From: Klebsormidium nitens
Lineage: Eukaryota > Plantae > Klebsormidiophyceae
Reading direction: 5' to 3'
DNA length: 64,000 nucleotides
Assembly: GCA_000708835.1 (NCBI GenBank)
Contig: DF237223.1
Location: forward strand, 1-64,000
Position 1 is the stretch's first letter; the number at the start of each line of letters is the position of its first letter. Shown here piece by piece: positions 37,003 to 50,121 of this stretch. A program made the position numbers and the translations under genes. The notes under the pieces were generated by a model that saw only the letters and a program-made list of their open reading frames with translations, was not told the DNA's origin and searched no databases.

Positions 37003-40000
37003 TCAAACGAGCTCAAGTTTCTGAAGTTCGAGCTCAATACTCTGCACGAAAGAGATGAGGTCCCCTTCCTGTGCTGCCACGGAGTTCTTAATCCGATCCT
37101 GCACGGCACGAAAGGATACGCTGCTCAATACGCTGCTCATTTTCCGCCTTTGGAAGTGAAGAAATTGGGATTCCGTCTTAATGTAGACAGAAGCGAACAT
37201 TGTCTGAGCACAGCCAACAGAATCTCATGTACGGCCTGATGCACACAGCTTTTAGCGTCATTTCTGGCTTGTACTCCAATTCAAGGATTAGCATCCGATG
37301 CGGGGTTTGGAGCTTGCGAAGGTCCGTGCAAGGAGGATTGAACGTTTTGACATCCGAAGTATACTCCGGTTGTTCGGAAACCGCCGCCGAGCATAACGCA
37401 GTCTCTCCTTTGAATCCTCCCTACCACAGCTGAAGGGAAAGCTCTTTCTATAGAAATTTACCCTCAATGGAAACTTACCTGAACCATCTCGAGGACTTCG
37501 TCTTGAAAGGCGGGGCTTCCCTTGCGAGTTAGCAGCGACTCCAACCTCAGCGGCACACCGGGGCTTGGCCAATCATAAGGGGCGTCGACGTTTGCGACAA
37601 CATTGGTAGCAGGAAGGGCAACCTGGATCATGGTGGTGTCGTCCGTCCGCATTTTGTACCTGAGTAAAGGCGAGGAATCTTTACGAAACAGTACGAGGCG
37701 AAGTTGAATGGACGTCAAGAATTTTAACATACGGTCACAGCTGTTCGGACGGCCAGTAAGGCAGCTCAGAAGCTTTGTGCAATCCCTTCAAGTCTGTTTG
37801 ACCACTTTTCCACGACCCTGGGGTACATTTGGATGGTAGACTGCACTGCATCTCTTCGACTGGAGCCACAACTGCGTCTGGCTGACAACCTTAGTCAGCA
37901 AGAAAGGCAAGTCCAAAGGCGAGTTCGAAGAGTCGTTCGAAGTAGGATCCCGTCAACATCCCATTAATGAGGAGTCTGCTGAAGCAACCATGGTGCTTCC
38001 AGAGCACAAGCCTTTAATGAAATGCGGGGTACTCACTTGGTGGTTCTCGTGGCCCGTCCGACCTGATCCTTCCGCACGGCGTAGCAGCTCGCCCTCTGGC
38101 GCAGCTCGCGCACCAGGGCGTCCAACCGCTGCGTGCCCCGCACAGTGGCCACAATGTCGGAGATGTCCACGTCAGCAGGAGAGAGCTGCGAAACGATGAG
38201 GGGGCCCGTAACAGTGGTCAACAGGCGTACAAATCTAGAAAAAGTCTTAAACGCCAACGTGTCAAGTGCTGGTCCCTTGCGCAAGTCTGGGAAAGTACTG
38301 GGAAAAACTCTCCGCCAACGGATTCTCGGCGGTGTATTGGCCTCTGAGTTTGTCGATGGCAGTCGTTGAGAAGGATATGATGCATAAGCTTCACGTTGAC
38401 AAAGTCTCTGCCAGAAAGTAGAACGATAGGGCGCTAGCTTGAACAGCTGTCACCTTGGAAGACCAAGAAGACACACAAAAGACCGCTTCAAAACGTCCAT
38501 GAGCTCAACAAGATTGCCTATACCATCTTGAGCGCAAAGTTGATCGAAAAAATCTCGCAACTTTCCCTTCTTCTGGGCTAACTGGTGTGGAGAATGGCAG
38601 ATGAAGCTCGGACACAACACAAACCTTGTCTGCCAGCTCACCATCGCATCCTCAATCTCGGACGTGTCCGGATGCAGGGCCACCACGAGGTCGTGCTCGA
38701 CTGGCACGTGCTTGAGCTTGCCAGTCCGGCTGCTCGGCGCCGTGATGTGGGTAGTCATCAGGAAGTGCAGCTGGCGGTCCGTGAAAGCAGTCAAAGAAAT
38801 GCCCGCCAGGCCGTGCAGAAGCTTCAGCATCTCCTCGTACCTGAGAGAGAGACTCAGCGCTTGGGACAAAATGAAACTTTCTGATCGTTTTCCAAAGCAC
38901 CGTTTTAAAAGTCTGCGGGACTCCTGACTCCATTTTCAAAAAGCAAAGTAGGTCGGAACTGCGAAACCTCGAGACGAGGTGGTAACAGTCCTCATTGAAA
39001 GGGAGTAAAAAGCTCCAAAAGACAACTTTCTTAAACTGTCTGAGTTGAGTGAGACTTCCTGTGAAGTGCAGCAGGATTCTTAGGTCGATGGGTTGGCTTA
39101 CACTTCCGTGCTCCTGCTGACTCTCCCAACCTGTTCAGCAGCTTGCTCTAGCCTCAGGCTCTCTGCCTGGGCTTCTTGTAACCTTCCTTGGAGCGCTGCA
39201 ATCTGCACGAAAGAGGCACGGCGGACTCTTTGTCTAGCTTCTTGTTTGCTGACTGCTTGCGCATCCTTTTGATGAACCTTAGTGATTTGGGTGGGCATGT
39301 AGAAGTCTCGAGGTTCTCCGCAGGCGAATCTCAACGCGTTTGTCTAGGTGACACGATGCGCGTCTGCAAGCTTACGTTGTTGAAGGAAACTCTTCATACG
39401 GATTTTGTACAAGCACTCAAAACTGATGTTGACCCTTAAGTAGATCCAGCTTTGAAAGAGTGGGCCCACTTGGAAAGTCAAGCTCACATACCTCTTCTGC
39501 CAATTGGTCAGCATCCTCTTTGTTTTGCGCCCCTGCTTGCTTGGCAGCCAACTCCTGCTCTGCAAGTGTTCGTATTTGAACCTCCTGCACAAAGTCAAAG
39601 GGTTCCACTTCATTGTCCGCTTAAGGAAGAGCGCTGTGCAGTATCAGAGCTGAGGTCAGCCACAGTAGAGAACCCCCAACGTGAACCAGTGGGCAATCTC
39701 TGAGTACTTTACATTGTTGAGAAAGGCAAAACAAGATGCCTCCCCTGTACGAGGTAGACTGCTGTCGTAAGTCAGCTCATGACCAGCCAGACAGTGAAGG
39801 ACGCACCTGCTGAGCGTGAAGATCCTCCAGATCCTCCTTGTTTTCTCCGCTCTCAGCCGCTGCCAAGGCGTCCTGTGTCCGCTCCCAAGATTGCAACGCA
39901 TCTTCACAGGCTTCAAGTTCCGCTGCTACCACATGCTGCTCCTTCTCCAGCTCACTCATCTCTGCAAAGATTGGATGCATCACACCCATCAAAAGCAACC

Positions 40001-41226
40001 CTCAGTGGATAATTTAAGCTCAAGCTTAAGTCCAACTGAGACTGTCAGTCCTCACCAGAACACCGACTTGGCAAAGTAAGCTCCTGACACTTACTGTACC
40101 CTTGTACAAGCAGCTTACATCTGCAGTCAAATTCTAATACCATCTTGCAGATCAGGCCGTCAAATAGAGTATGGCCAGGGTCATGCATCTGCAGCCGGGT
40201 TGTACAAACATTACCTGCGGCGATCTGATCGATGATGTTGTTGATGGCTAGGCCAGTCTGTTCCTTCTGCCTCTTGAGCTCTTGCACCTTGGCTTTCTGA
40301 TTGCCAACAACCCCCTCCAGAAGAAATGAACCCTTGACCTCTTCGCCCGCAAGCACCCTGTCCCCTTCTTCAGCAATTGCCCTGACAAAGTGCTCTTTGG
40401 TTTCCAGCTCCACGTATTCAAATTTGTATTTTGAGAACTGGTCCTGTACGCAGAAAACCTAATTGCATTAAAGTACTCTCTTGTAGGCATAGCAGCAAAA
40501 GAAAGTTGCTGGCAAACCGCTTGCCAAGTGATACCTGACATAGCACAAAGCTTGCATTCATAGCTTGCATTCATTTAACTGTGTCACTGCAAGCTAGACT
40601 TGGATCAAAACCTGCAGGGTTGGCCACTACAGCAAAAGGCAGGCTTGCCAGCAGAAGCAAAAAAAGCATACAAAGCGATCTGTTGTCCCGACCTTGAGGC
40701 TAGCCAGCTTTCCAGGACCTGTCTCTCTGTATTCTGCCCGGGCAGCTTCTTCGAGAGCATTGAAGCGACAACTTGTTGGGCGAATCTCCTCCAAAGCCCT
40801 GCATTCATATTGGTTCTGACATCAGTTCCAGGTGCAGGTATCGTACATGTCTGCACCTCGTAGCCTGTCAGAACTATGCTTCATACCTCATTCTTCTGCA
40901 GGGAAGACTTCTTACAGGACCAAGTGCTCCTATGGACACCTGAGAGCCCCATAGACCAATGGAACAAGCTGCAAGTGGTTTGATGGCATTTTGGTGCACA
41001 TCACAACAGTGCGCTTTACAAGGTAGATTGAACTTGCACCAAGATTACCTGTGGTAATCTGCTTGTTTGTCCCTCAATGATTTGAATTGCATTGCTGGTC
41101 CCCTCCGAGCTTCTTCAAAAGTATTCTCATCATTTTCAGCATCCGGATCAGGTCTGTCATGGTCCCTAAGATCATGTCTCTGACAGGTCGCCTCCTCTCC
41201 TTGGAGCAACTGGTGCGAGGACATGT
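37003..41226 (-). CDS. ZWINT: Zwint-1/Sos7/Kre28-like outer kinetochore protein (coiled coil plus tandem RWD-like C-terminus)
   Basis: The exon starting at 40443 reads DQFSKYKFEYVELETKEHFVRAI, close to the fungal Sos7/Kre28 motif ELFSKLRFSYVEQVTKEKFIRAI as I recall it. Coiled-coil exons follow, then HDLVVALHPDTSEIEDA, VDISDIVATVRGTQRLDALVRELRQR, DAPYDWPSPGVPLRL and a terminal helix GDLISFVQSIELELQKLELV*. Confidence 0.72.
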
Positions 41227-41604
41227 CCCCAAAACTCAGGCGTTTGATGACTTGTCCTTCAGCGTTGTGATCGGCAGACATTCTCGTTATGCTCAGATAG
41301 GGGCCTTGATAAACTTGTTTCAAGCCGCCTATTGCAGGCAGTTGGGGTGTGGTTGGGCAGTAAGAAAAGGAGAATAGGTATTGACGTTGCTGAAAGCTCC
41401 TAAACACAAAACGGTGACACCAATCCAGAGAATGCTTAGCCCAGATATTTCCACATGGTTTATCTACGGGGTTGCCGTTGGCTCAATGCCCAGATAAATC
41501 CAGTGCTCCTGGTCCATGCAGCGCGGCCTGCCAAATTTGGTGATGCTTTTGGTCCACCGCTCGCTGCCTGGGCCTGGGATGTCCAGCTGCTGCTGGCACC
41601 AGCA

Positions 41605-42217
41605 GGTAGGTACCTACCAACTCTCAAAGCCGAGAATGCGGCCTCACTACCCAGCAAACAAAAGAAATACCTAGGTAGGTACCGTACTGTTACATAGGAA
41701 ACAGGTCAGGCTGCGCCGCTGCAGTCTGCGCCGACTCTGCGGGCAGCGCATGTGCACGATGATGCATGATGTGCATGCTCTGTGGACAGCCTTGCACCAC
41801 TGCCAACTGGTCCACTGCGCCACACAGCACTTTCGAACTTCAAACTTGAAATTTCTGGCGGGAAAAGTTAGCGACTTATCTTTGTAAGCAGTGTGGACCG
41901 TTGGATTGCTTGAGCATTACTGCGCGCGTGCTTTTGCCGTGGACATCGACGGTCCTGGGTCCATGTATGCTACAGTCGAGAGTCGAGACTTGTCCGATGG
42001 TCATGAAAAGCTTGCAGGATACCTAGGTAGGTGGAGCACTGAAGTAGGTAGGTACCTACGCTTCTCTGCACTTGTTCTCGCACCGTGTGCAGTGTGCACT
42101 GTATGTGACGAGTACCTATGTGACCATTGCACGGTCACAGCGTACCGTACCTATGTGAATCCAACGCAGGTGACAACGGAACAACGATCACATGTTGAGA
42201 CTTCAATGTAGGTACCT
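41605..42217. repeat. Cluster of short palindromic TAGGTA/TACCTA motifs
   Basis: GGTAGGTACCTACC at 41605-41618, TACCTAGGTA at 41668 and 42020, GTAGGTACCTAC at 42048-42059, and GTAGGTACCT at 42208. Confidence 0.6.
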
Positions 42218-43037
42218 TAAATCATGGAATTAAGGCAGATGCTCAAGAACGATCATACTCAAAGAAGAACAACTTCAGGCGTTTAACACATTAAGTTAGT
42301 CTTGACTTAGAGTTGCCGAGTATCGCATGGACGACTCTAGAATGCGGGGGTTTGAGGCACCGATGCGTGCCATTGTGCATTGGCCAAACAAGATGTATCT
42401 TGCAAGTCGAGTCGAATTGGCTAGTGCCCAAATTTGCAGGTTGCATGCACTTGATCGACTCATGTACCAAAGATGACATGGTAGGTATGCAACATGTGAT
42501 AGACCAGTTGTGAGTTTACTTCCTATGTTGTTATGATAAAGGTCCAATAGAACGAAGAGGATTGTAGTGACAGGTTAAACGACCCGCATGGGAGATAAGG
42601 CCTTTTGTGAGCGCGGATCATACGTAATGAACGTCTGCATGCATTGAAGGCACTCTCTCAGCTCACCGCATGGGGCAATGGCGCAGCTGCTAGCGAACTT
42701 TACATACACTCAAGCACCTGGTGTTCTTTTTCGAGTCGACTTATTAAGTCCAAGAGCAAACCTTCAGCTGACGGCAAGGGGCTTTGAACATCGGGCTTGA
42801 GGCGAATAGTAGGAGCACTTGTTGGTCGGCCAGGTGCTTGCACTAATGGAACCACCATAGCCGAGGACAATGTTACGTGTCGAACGATGTAATAAACACC
42901 GAGGGTTCAAACCTGACTGTACGTAGATAGAGACTCATAAGCACATGGCGAGGCAACTCAAATAACAGCTGGCTGCAGTCTGTTTCAGGGACTGGTACTA
43001 CTGTGGAAGGCTCCTCTGTCAGAAATCTTCCAGCAAA

Positions 43038-46000
43038 TCATATCATTCCAAACTCGGCGATCCCTTGCCCGACGCCCTGCAACCTCTGCGCTAGGTGGGC
43101 ACAGTACGGCTCGTCTTGAGATGCCGAGTTCAACACCACTACTAGATCCATCATATCCCTGTTGAAGGCCGTCTCCGCTTCTTGAATCTTTGCTTCGATG
43201 CCTGAGTCCTCTGCAGCCTGCAACGCGTGTTGAATGGCAAGCTCTCGCCGCAGCTTGTGTTGCTCGCGGAAGTCTGCGTATGCGCCTCCAGAAGACGCGC
43301 TCTGTAGGCGAAGGCAGAGCGTGATTGTTCAGAGAGCTGAGCAAAGCTAGACAGATGGCAAGGTGCAGCACGTTGAAAATCTGCATAATATTGCGGGACC
43401 CTCGAGGGACGAGAGTGTATGCCTCTCAAGTTCGACTGACGGTCAACCTCCAAGATTACAATGAAGCTGCTCTTAGAAGAAGCTGCTCTGTGTTGCAGCT
43501 CAGTGTTATTAGACTGAGCGCCCGTATCCGAACCTAACGTCTTCGGCACTGTACGAGCACACCCGATAAAGATCGCTGCTGCCGTAAACATTGCTCCCTC
43601 ACATTGACGGACGGTCTGCGGGAGGGCGGCCCTGAGGCGCTGCCCCGCTCCGCCTCGTCGTCGTCGTCTGGAAGCGACACCGCCGGAACAAGGTTCTGGG
43701 TGACCATACAGTAAAAGATGCAGGCCCTCTTCACCTTCTCCACACGCTGCACCGACATGGGACGACACCACGTTAAGAGGCGAAAGATTGGAAAGAGGAC
43801 CCGCTCGGTGGCTGGTCAGGAGGATCGAGTCCGGGAAAGCGGCGGGTTGTGTAAGTGCACGAGTACGCAGTCTGAAGACCCCAGAAGAGAAGGAAGGCAA
43901 CTCGCCCTTGCTTTGCTCAGAATGAAGGCAGTGTCCGTTCCCCGCACTTAGTGTCAGAGAGTTCTGGTTGCCTGATGCAAACACGAACAATGGTCTACCC
44001 AGGAAGGCTTAGCTTGCCTTGAGGATCTGGGGCCAGAAGAGCATGCATTCCTTCAGCGAGGAGTCCTGAAACTCGTCGTGGAGCGCAATGACCTGCAGAC
44101 ACCGGCCCAAGATGCAATCAGTTTCAGAAACGAATGCGAAAATCCCATCCCTTGCCAGCACCTGACGAGAATCGAACCGTAACGCACCCCAGCACACAAA
44201 TACGAGTGCGGTAAATACATCGGCAACGGTTGTACGACCGCTTACAACGAAAAGCTTATGCTTAGTGCTTCGGACGGCCTCAAGGAAAGCAAAAACTTCT
44301 TTCTGGGAAAGGGAGAAATCTGGAACCTTCGAAGGTGGCCTAGAAGCTGAGCCTCACCTCGTCAACGGTCTTGGCCGTGGCAACCTTTGACTCGAAAGTG
44401 GCCCACTTCGGTTCCAGGACCTGGACAAAAAAGGAGGGTTCCCTTCGATGGGTCACGAAGCGGACTCAAGCGGCGGTTGAAATCCTAAACGTGAATTGTA
44501 ATCTTAGTGTAGGGACGTTCATGTGAGACCGCTTGAGCAAAGTGGATCATCAAAATCAAGGCCCCAAGCAAAGCTCAAGAAGATGAAGTCCACTGCGCTC
44601 CACCCCTCGGGCTTCACTCTGAGAGCCCGGCAGAAGATTCGATTGTGGCGTACCTCGAAGGTCATGTAGTGCTGATAGGTCTGAATGAAGTGCAGCATCC
44701 GTTGGCAGAGGAAGTACGACGGCTGCATCAGGGTGAAGCCCATCAAGCCCCGCATGGTCTGCACAAGTGCACGCAAAGATCAGTTGGAGCTTCAACATTG
44801 TGCAACAGAAAGACTCCGCAAAGGAGGGCTCCACGTTGAATTTGGAGCCAGCTCCGACATTTACGTCTGCTGAAAACAGGACGCCTAAAGTGGGCTGCGA
44901 ACTTTCGTGACAGAGGGAAGGCATTGGAGTGGGACAGGCATCGGAAGAAGCTCTCCCTACGAAGCAAATCGAGCAATTTGTGACCACCTTGACAAGCCCC
45001 GACACTGTGCCGCTGACTTTATTGATAAAAGAGCTGTTTAACTTGCGTACAATGAATGCGCACACCTGATGGACCTGCCACGTCTGGCACAGCTGCCGCT
45101 CGACGTGCTTGCAGTGGAAGAGGTGCCGGAAGATGAACTGGTACTTGGTCAGAGCGCGCCGGGAGATGACCAGCGTCAGGGGCCACCGGACCTGCACAGC
45201 ACGGGGCCTCTGACTTGTTCTTGGATGGCTCAGAAAATATCGTTTGAAACATTGAGAAACATAAAAGCCTCCCCTTGCAACGGGAATCTCCGCTTGCACG
45301 AACGAGAGTGGTTGATCGTGAGTATGCCGCATGGCACTCCCCCTGCGCCAAAGTGGGCTGACTCGGTAACAAAGCGTGCATCCCGTCCCCCTTTTACCTT
45401 GTAGTCGAGGGTGAATGTGTCCAGCCCGCTTATGTTGATGGGAGCCCCTTCGGAAGGCCCGGGTTCAGCGAGGGATGTGAAGTCAAGGACGGGCCGCCCG
45501 TCGGGTCCGGACCTCAGAGAGCTGTGCAACTGCGATATGAGTTGCTGGCGCTCCTGCACAAAGGAAACCAGGATTTGATAAACGCAAAGGGAGTCGGTCA
45601 AATTGATGGCCACGGAAGTACGTGCTGGGATCGCGAACGCGCAGGTCGGGAAGTCAATCTTTCTTGTCCCACCAGTTCAGGGTAACTCCGTTCAAGAGAA
45701 AACACTCCAGGTCGAAGCGGGGTGACTCCGTCACTGTCTAACGTGCTCCTTGAACTACCGAGAGAATGAGAAGGAGGACGTTCTTATGCAATGGGCTGAT
45801 CGCGCATGGGCTTTGGCAGCGTCGCCTCACCACGTCGCAGGTGAGGTCCTCGTGGAAGGGGTCGGCGGAGCAGACGGAGGTGCGCAGCGCCAGCTCCAGC
45901 AGCGACTGCAGCTTCTCCACCGAGATCTGGGCGGGGCGCAGCCGCAGCTCGTCGCGCGCAATGTCCATGAAGTGGACCAGGAAGTCCCCCTGAACGACAC

Positions 46001-49000
46001 GCGCTGGTTGTCAGACTAGCGCTGACCAATTGTTGGGCGGTGGTAAAAAATCTGTTACAAGTCATCGATGAGAGGGTCGATAAGAGGAGACGAAGGCCGC
46101 CCATAAGCTAAGACACGTCTGTTCTCATGAATCCTCAATGCATAAGGAACGAGGACGGAATCGTAATACATCCTTAGAGAGGTCTCACTTGATCGAGGAG
46201 AAAGTAGTGCTTCATTGATCGCAGCCGCCCCATCAGGTTCTCCTGCGAGGAAAAGAGATACGTCATGAAGTTGGAAAGATCTTTCATGTTGCAGGCACTT
46301 TGGTTCTTTCGCTCTTGGAAAGCAAGACGAAGGTACGTACGACAACGACCAGACTGCAAAAATTGCGGACCTCAGTAAGTCATTCCATGAGGCAGAAAAG
46401 AATGCCAGAATCCTCACCTTCTGCAAGAGCACATCCAGCAGCTGCTGGCTTGCGCGCATGTGCGCCAGGTTGATCCGCTCCAGGAAGACTCTGTCCGCTA
46501 GTGCGTGCAGCCGCGTATCTTCGCCAGCATCCGGACCCTGCGTGCATCAGTCAACCTTCGTTAATCAGCACCGAATGTTACGAAGTGTCCGTCCAGCACC
46601 ACGTTTCGGAACGTTCCAGCCGAGAAAACGCGGAGCTTAGCAACCGCAATCCCTCATTCGTGCAGATTTCAAGCTGTGCTACGATGCCAGCGCTTCTCGG
46701 AGGAACGCCCACCTTGATCTGCTCTCCGCACTCCCGGATGGCGTTCAGATACTTCCCGGTGGTGCGGATGGTCTCGGCCGTGGCTGCCAGGAAGGCGGGG
46801 ATCTCGCTGCGCAGCACGTAGTGCTCCCGCCAAAAGCCCGCGCGGTAGTCGTCTCGGAGGCCCTCCTTCTTGAAATCTTTCTTCTCCTGGATCAGGAACT
46901 CCTCATACGGATCGTCGATCTCGCCACCATACACCCACCTGCAAACGACGAAAGTCACAGTTCGAGCCATCAGAGACGTCTTCTGCTGACATGCCTACCC
47001 GCCTTTGAGCAGAGTAAAGGTGACGGTCTCAAAGGATCAGTAATACTGTTTGGTAGTAAGATTCACGACACCTTCCGCGTCTGATATGGGCTCGATGTTT
47101 GTGGAAGTTAGGTACTTTCCGTACCTCTCCAGAATGCGGAAGTACGGGGCGCGAGCATCTTGCACCAGCTTCTGCAGGAGGGCTCGAGCCGCTTTGTCCC
47201 CAGCCAGTGCGGAAGCCTGGACATATAGAGAGGAACCCTTCATCAGCGGGTGTCGACTGATCTAGCCAAAGCCAGATACCTGGGGCATCAGCAGGTATGC
47301 AATCGACCTACTGCTGGCAACATTTGCCACAACGACAGCGATGGATGCATGAGAAGATTGACTTCCGCATAGAAGCAGTTCGAGACTCAAGTCGTATGAT
47401 ACAAATCGACGCACCTTGTTCTGGAGCAGGTTCAGAAGGCCAGCTCCATACAGACGGTCTTCCAATGCTGTCTTCACAACGGAAGCCAGCATGCCCAACG
47501 CATCCATCATTGGCTGTGACAAGCGGAGAGAAAATCAAAACATTGGTTTAGCGAGGGCGTTCTTTGAGGGCCGTCATAAAGGTAAGGGATGTCCATGCTA
47601 CACATCTCTGAAACGGGGCTTATCGCTCCTTATGAAGAACAAGCACTCTGATTGTAGCTTGCAGAGCTGAGTAGAGAAGATTCGTCGGCAGAACAGTCGC
47701 ACCCAAGGCTGCTGTACCAGCAAAGAACTGACCAGGTTCTCGACACAGGCCCTGCAATGAGGACTTGTTGAGCTAGCGCCAACATTTCACCTGGCTGTAG
47801 AACAGCAGGCCCTGCATGGAGAGCTTCCCCAGGCGGAACTGGTGCTCGAGCTGCGCCACCATGATCAGGTAGTCCTGCAGCAGGCCTCTCAGCGCGGCTG
47901 CCAGCGCATGGCTGACCAGGCCATGCTTGTAGTGCCATCGGACCTCCACAAAGTGGGCGATCAGGTGGTAGCTCTCGCAAAGGGGCAGGATGCGCTTAGC
48001 CAACTCCTGCAGAGTCCAGGACTTGCAGAAATGATGTGGATGTTGAAAATCTTACCCTGACTGGCCAAGCGATTGCCTGTGTTTGAGGACAGGTAAACAA
48101 GCAAGTCGTAAATATTTTGCCAAGTCAAGATGGGATGATGGACCATAGGTAGATCGTTTGCAAAAGCGGGCAATTTATGCACTTTGAACAAAGAGAAGGT
48201 CCGTAGTCCCTCACCCGCAGCGAGAGATCCATGCTCTCATCAAGGTTGAAGACCACCTCTCCCAACTTGCCTGCTTTGGGCCTGGCCTGCACATATTCCC
48301 CGTCAGCTCCGCCCATCGCATACAGCAAGTCATCTATCAGAAGCAGCTCCTGAACTGCTGATGAGTACTTGCCAACTCCGGACTTCCCTGTCCCTAAGAC
48401 TGATCGCTTTCCTTCCTGCGCTGTTCTGGAACCGCTGCTTGACGCCTCCAGAAAGTCTCCAGTCAGATAGGGACGCTGCTCATCCCAGGCTACACTTGCA
48501 GGGTAGGTAACACCAGGAATCAGTCTTCCAAAGTGGTCATCCGCTGGTGGCTGCCTTGCCTGGCCAACCGTCTGTTGCAGATCTCTCTGGTCTTTCCTTG
48601 CTGCTATCGAACCAGCATCTGAGGGCGTCGACCCTCCCGGGGCTTTGGTTGGAGCAGCCGCAGTGCTGGTCTGCCCGGTAATCCCTCGTGCATTTGGCTT
48701 CCCCGGGCCACGTGCGGCAGCCCTCAACAGTTCTACTTTTGAGAGCTCTGCCGCAAGCTGCGCGCGACTCCGGTTCTCTGCAGCAATGGAGGTGGGGGAG
48801 GTGACACGCGGTGTGGTGTCAGGCGTGGGGGGTGGAGTTGTGGCCAGTGAGCCTTGTGATGCATTCCTGATCGCACTGTCTTCATTGTCTGCGGAAGGTC
48901 TACCTACGGAAGAGCTGTCATTGGCTGTGCCATTGGTTGTGCTGGTGGTGAACCTGCTTGCTGATGGAAGGGAGGGCATCAAAGCAGCCAGCCTGTCAGC

Positions 49001-49021
49001 AGACGCTGGCAGCTTCTCCAT
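43038..49021 (-). CDS. GCP2: Gamma-tubulin complex component 2 (Spc97/GCP2; multi-exon; additional upstream exons possible)
   Basis: [12 protein letters not shown]; [21 protein letters not shown]; [11 protein letters not shown]; [27 protein letters not shown]; [16 protein letters not shown]; [16 protein letters not shown]...[13 protein letters not shown]; [21 protein letters not shown]; C-terminal [14 protein letters not shown], which resembles the plant GCP2 end. Confidence 0.95.
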
Positions 49022-50121
49022 TGGACTTCAATCTGCAAACAAGGTGGTGCAAGAAGCTTGAGTACTATTGCGTAGAACAAACCTCATGAGCTTTCTGGGT
49101 GTGCCTTGGACATCAAGTGCTGTACACTATCATGTGAGTGCTCTGTAGGATGAAGGACTATGTGGGGCTTTTAGCGGTGCAAAGTCCCAGAAAACATTAG
49201 ACTGAAGTTGATAGCCAAATCAGGCCTGTGGACAATTGTTCCGCCAGAAGTAGTGGTGGCTGAATAGTCCCGTGAGATCTTGGTTAGCATTGCGGTGGTC
49301 CAGACCATCTGATGTTCTAACAAGCTCCACTTTTAATACTTTCTCATGGTTGCACGAGTCACAACGTTGAATATTGCAAGATTATGAACTCTGATAAGGG
49401 GTATATCCCTTCAAAGATCCATAAGCCTAAAGTTATAGCCGACTGAACGCCTTTCCTCGCAAGAAGACGGGGCTCCAAAAGATCCCCGACACGCCTCCAC
49501 AATCGCGATACGCTTCGCTTGAAGTAGGATCTCCTTGTTTATGAGGCACTCAGACGTTTTTGTAAGGATTAACCAGATTAAACATGATACTGCGGGGGGC
49601 TCAAACCAGGCATGGATGGTGAAATCATTGAGAGAAAGCAACAAAAGATATTCTGAATGTGAGCTCATGGAAACCGCACCTGATTCACAGGTTGAGTAGG
49701 CCTTGCATTAGAAGAGATCAGCAGCGAGCTATTGCTATCAGAATGGCAAAGTGACGTGCATCGTTGCTGATCAATGCCTTGACGACGAACTCCTTAGCTG
49801 ACGCTTTGAGACGCTTTGAACCAGAATCTTCGACAAGCTTCAACCGCACTGGAAGTTTACCAGTAATGGACAAGCTCTGGCCTTCAAGCTTTTAAGATTT
49901 CATCCAAGCTACTGTGCAACCTCCTCCACGCCATTTCCTCTAAACCCCTGGGATATCCATCGCTTCACATCGCTTCAGTCTGTCCTCACCACCTGGTCCT
50001 ATGCATTTGAAGCTTGCGGAGGCGACAAGCAATCCCTGATGCCCTTGCACCTAGTACCTAGCTTGCATTCCTTGCATTCCTTGCCCACTTCGTCCTGACT
50101 TCTTGCCAATTTGCAAGTGTG

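Noticed and set aside
37099-37120. U12-type donor GTATCCTT on the minus strand
   Set aside because: It lies within the polypyrimidine tract just before a normal CAG acceptor of the last Zwint-like exon.
36883-37239. Plus-strand ORF as a further exon of the WW gene
   Set aside because: It overlaps the better-supported terminal exon of the minus-strand Zwint-like gene, and the WW gene has a plausible stop at 36499.
42860-42925. tRNA or SINE suggested by GGTTCAAACC
   Set aside because: No A-box, cloverleaf or acceptor stem.
43151-43990. 279-aa minus-strand ORF
   Set aside because: It spans GCP2 introns and exons in a non-coding frame.
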